Positions 63,062 to 64,000 of a stretch of DNA of 64,000 nucleotides are shown one piece after another. This stretch comes from Macrostomum hystrix (taxonomy: Eukaryota > Animalia > Platyhelminthes). Location of the stretch: NCBI GenBank assembly GCA_950097015.1, contig CATNEN010000039.1:15748001-15812000 (forward strand), read 5' to 3'. The translations under genes were made by a program, and so were the position numbers. Every line of letters starts with the position of its first letter. Position 1 is the first letter of the stretch. The notes beneath the pieces are model-generated. The model saw only the letters and a program-made list of their open reading frames with translations, was not told where the DNA came from and did no database searches.

Positions 63062-63236
63062 GATTGCCAGCTTCGATTCCGAATAGCCCAGTTAGATTTG
63101 GTCGATTAGCTGGCAGGTGGCAGTTGAACTGCAGTCAACTCTTGATCCGATTTGCAACGGCTGAGTAGAATCGGTCAGAATGCTTAGTCGAGTGTTGTCA
63201 GTTGTTGGATTTGATTCTTCGTTTCGGGCCGCTGCC

Positions 63237-63277
63237 ATGGATGAATGAATAGAATGAATAGAATATCATTCATTCAT
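63237..63277. mobile_element. 41-bp insertion with 10-bp TSD GGCCGCTGCC
   Basis: Absent from the other five paralogous upstream regions; ends ATGGATGAATGA / TCATTCATTCAT are inverted repeats. Confidence 0.75.
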
Positions 63278-63455
63278 GGCCGCTGCCCCTTCAAGATGCT
63301 GCAGAAAATGCAGGTGCGAGCCGGCTCGGTCTATGGCAGCGCTGGCTGACACAGGGGTGCCCGCCTTTTGTCTATGGCAAATTTCAGCTCTACTTTGCTT
63401 TTTTCATGCATGACTTTTCTGAGATGAATTTTTGTGTTGTACTATTAGAAATCTT

Positions 63456-63658
63456 CTTGGGTGTCTAACAGTCTTGGGTGTCTAACAGTCTTGGGTGTCT
63501 AACAGTCTTGGGTGTCTAACAGTCTTGGGTGTCTAACAGTCTTGGGTGTCTAACAGTCTTGGGTGTCTAACAGTCTTGGGTGTCTAACAGTCTTGGGTGT
63601 CTAACAGTCTTGGGTGTCTAACAGTCTTGAGTGTCTAGCAGTTTTGTGTGTCTAACAG
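63456..63658. repeat. 17-bp minisatellite (GGGTGTCTAACAGTCTT)n, variant of 12282-12665
   Basis: About 12 units, differing from the 12.3-kb array at one position. Confidence 0.95.
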
Positions 63659-64000
63659 CCAATAATTTAGTCTAGACTTGTATTAAGTACACATGCATAG
63701 CACATAGCACCTACGCTGCTCTATAGCATCTGCTATGTGAATCATGCGTTTGGTAAATATTATTAAAAGCCCAAAGCAGGTCAGCATTTCGTTCGACACC
63801 TGTATAGTTTTTAGAATTGGATGGTTTGCATGACCAAGTGCTGCTCCAAGTGCTGTGAGTAGGGAAGATCCTTTTGTCAGAAAATGTTGTTTGACAAATG
63901 TATTTATCAATTGCTGGTTTATTAAGACGGAATAAAAAATACTACAATCTATCTCTCCCTTGATTAGGGCGTCAATGTCAGGCTTATAATCCGGATTGTT

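Overview
Eukaryotic, repeat-rich animal genomic DNA with short GT-AG introns, many minisatellites and GC-rich retroelements. The style suggests a free-living flatworm such as Macrostomum, but that is inference only. The main host content is a cluster of six paralogues of a two-coding-exon gene: copies 1-4 and 6 on the minus strand (2142-2869, 8248-9080, 37524-38215, 44160-45007, 62070-63061) and copy 5 on the plus strand (47085-47945). Each encodes a signal peptide, an 8-Cys three-finger (Ly6/uPAR-like) domain, a second 6-Cys derived three-finger domain, and then either nothing (secreted) or a variable stalk plus a hydrophobic C-terminus (GPI/TM). The framework, intron and flanks are nearly identical between copies, while the inter-cysteine loops are hypervariable and mosaic, which points to a diversifying recognition-protein system. 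An ~8.6 kb segmental duplication (1678-12160, including a 2.3 kb solo LTR, versus 37063-45645) carries copies 1+2 and 3+4. Transposable elements fill the gaps: an intact Ty3/Gypsy element, a full-length but disabled Bel/Pao element nested in a Gypsy integrase, two 2.3 kb solo LTRs, nested LINEs, an RTE-type LINE, DIRS/Ngaro RT remnants, an EnSpm-like end and Helitron-like repeats. The Helitron-like repeats flank decayed RPA70 exons and abut a truncated RING-finger gene.
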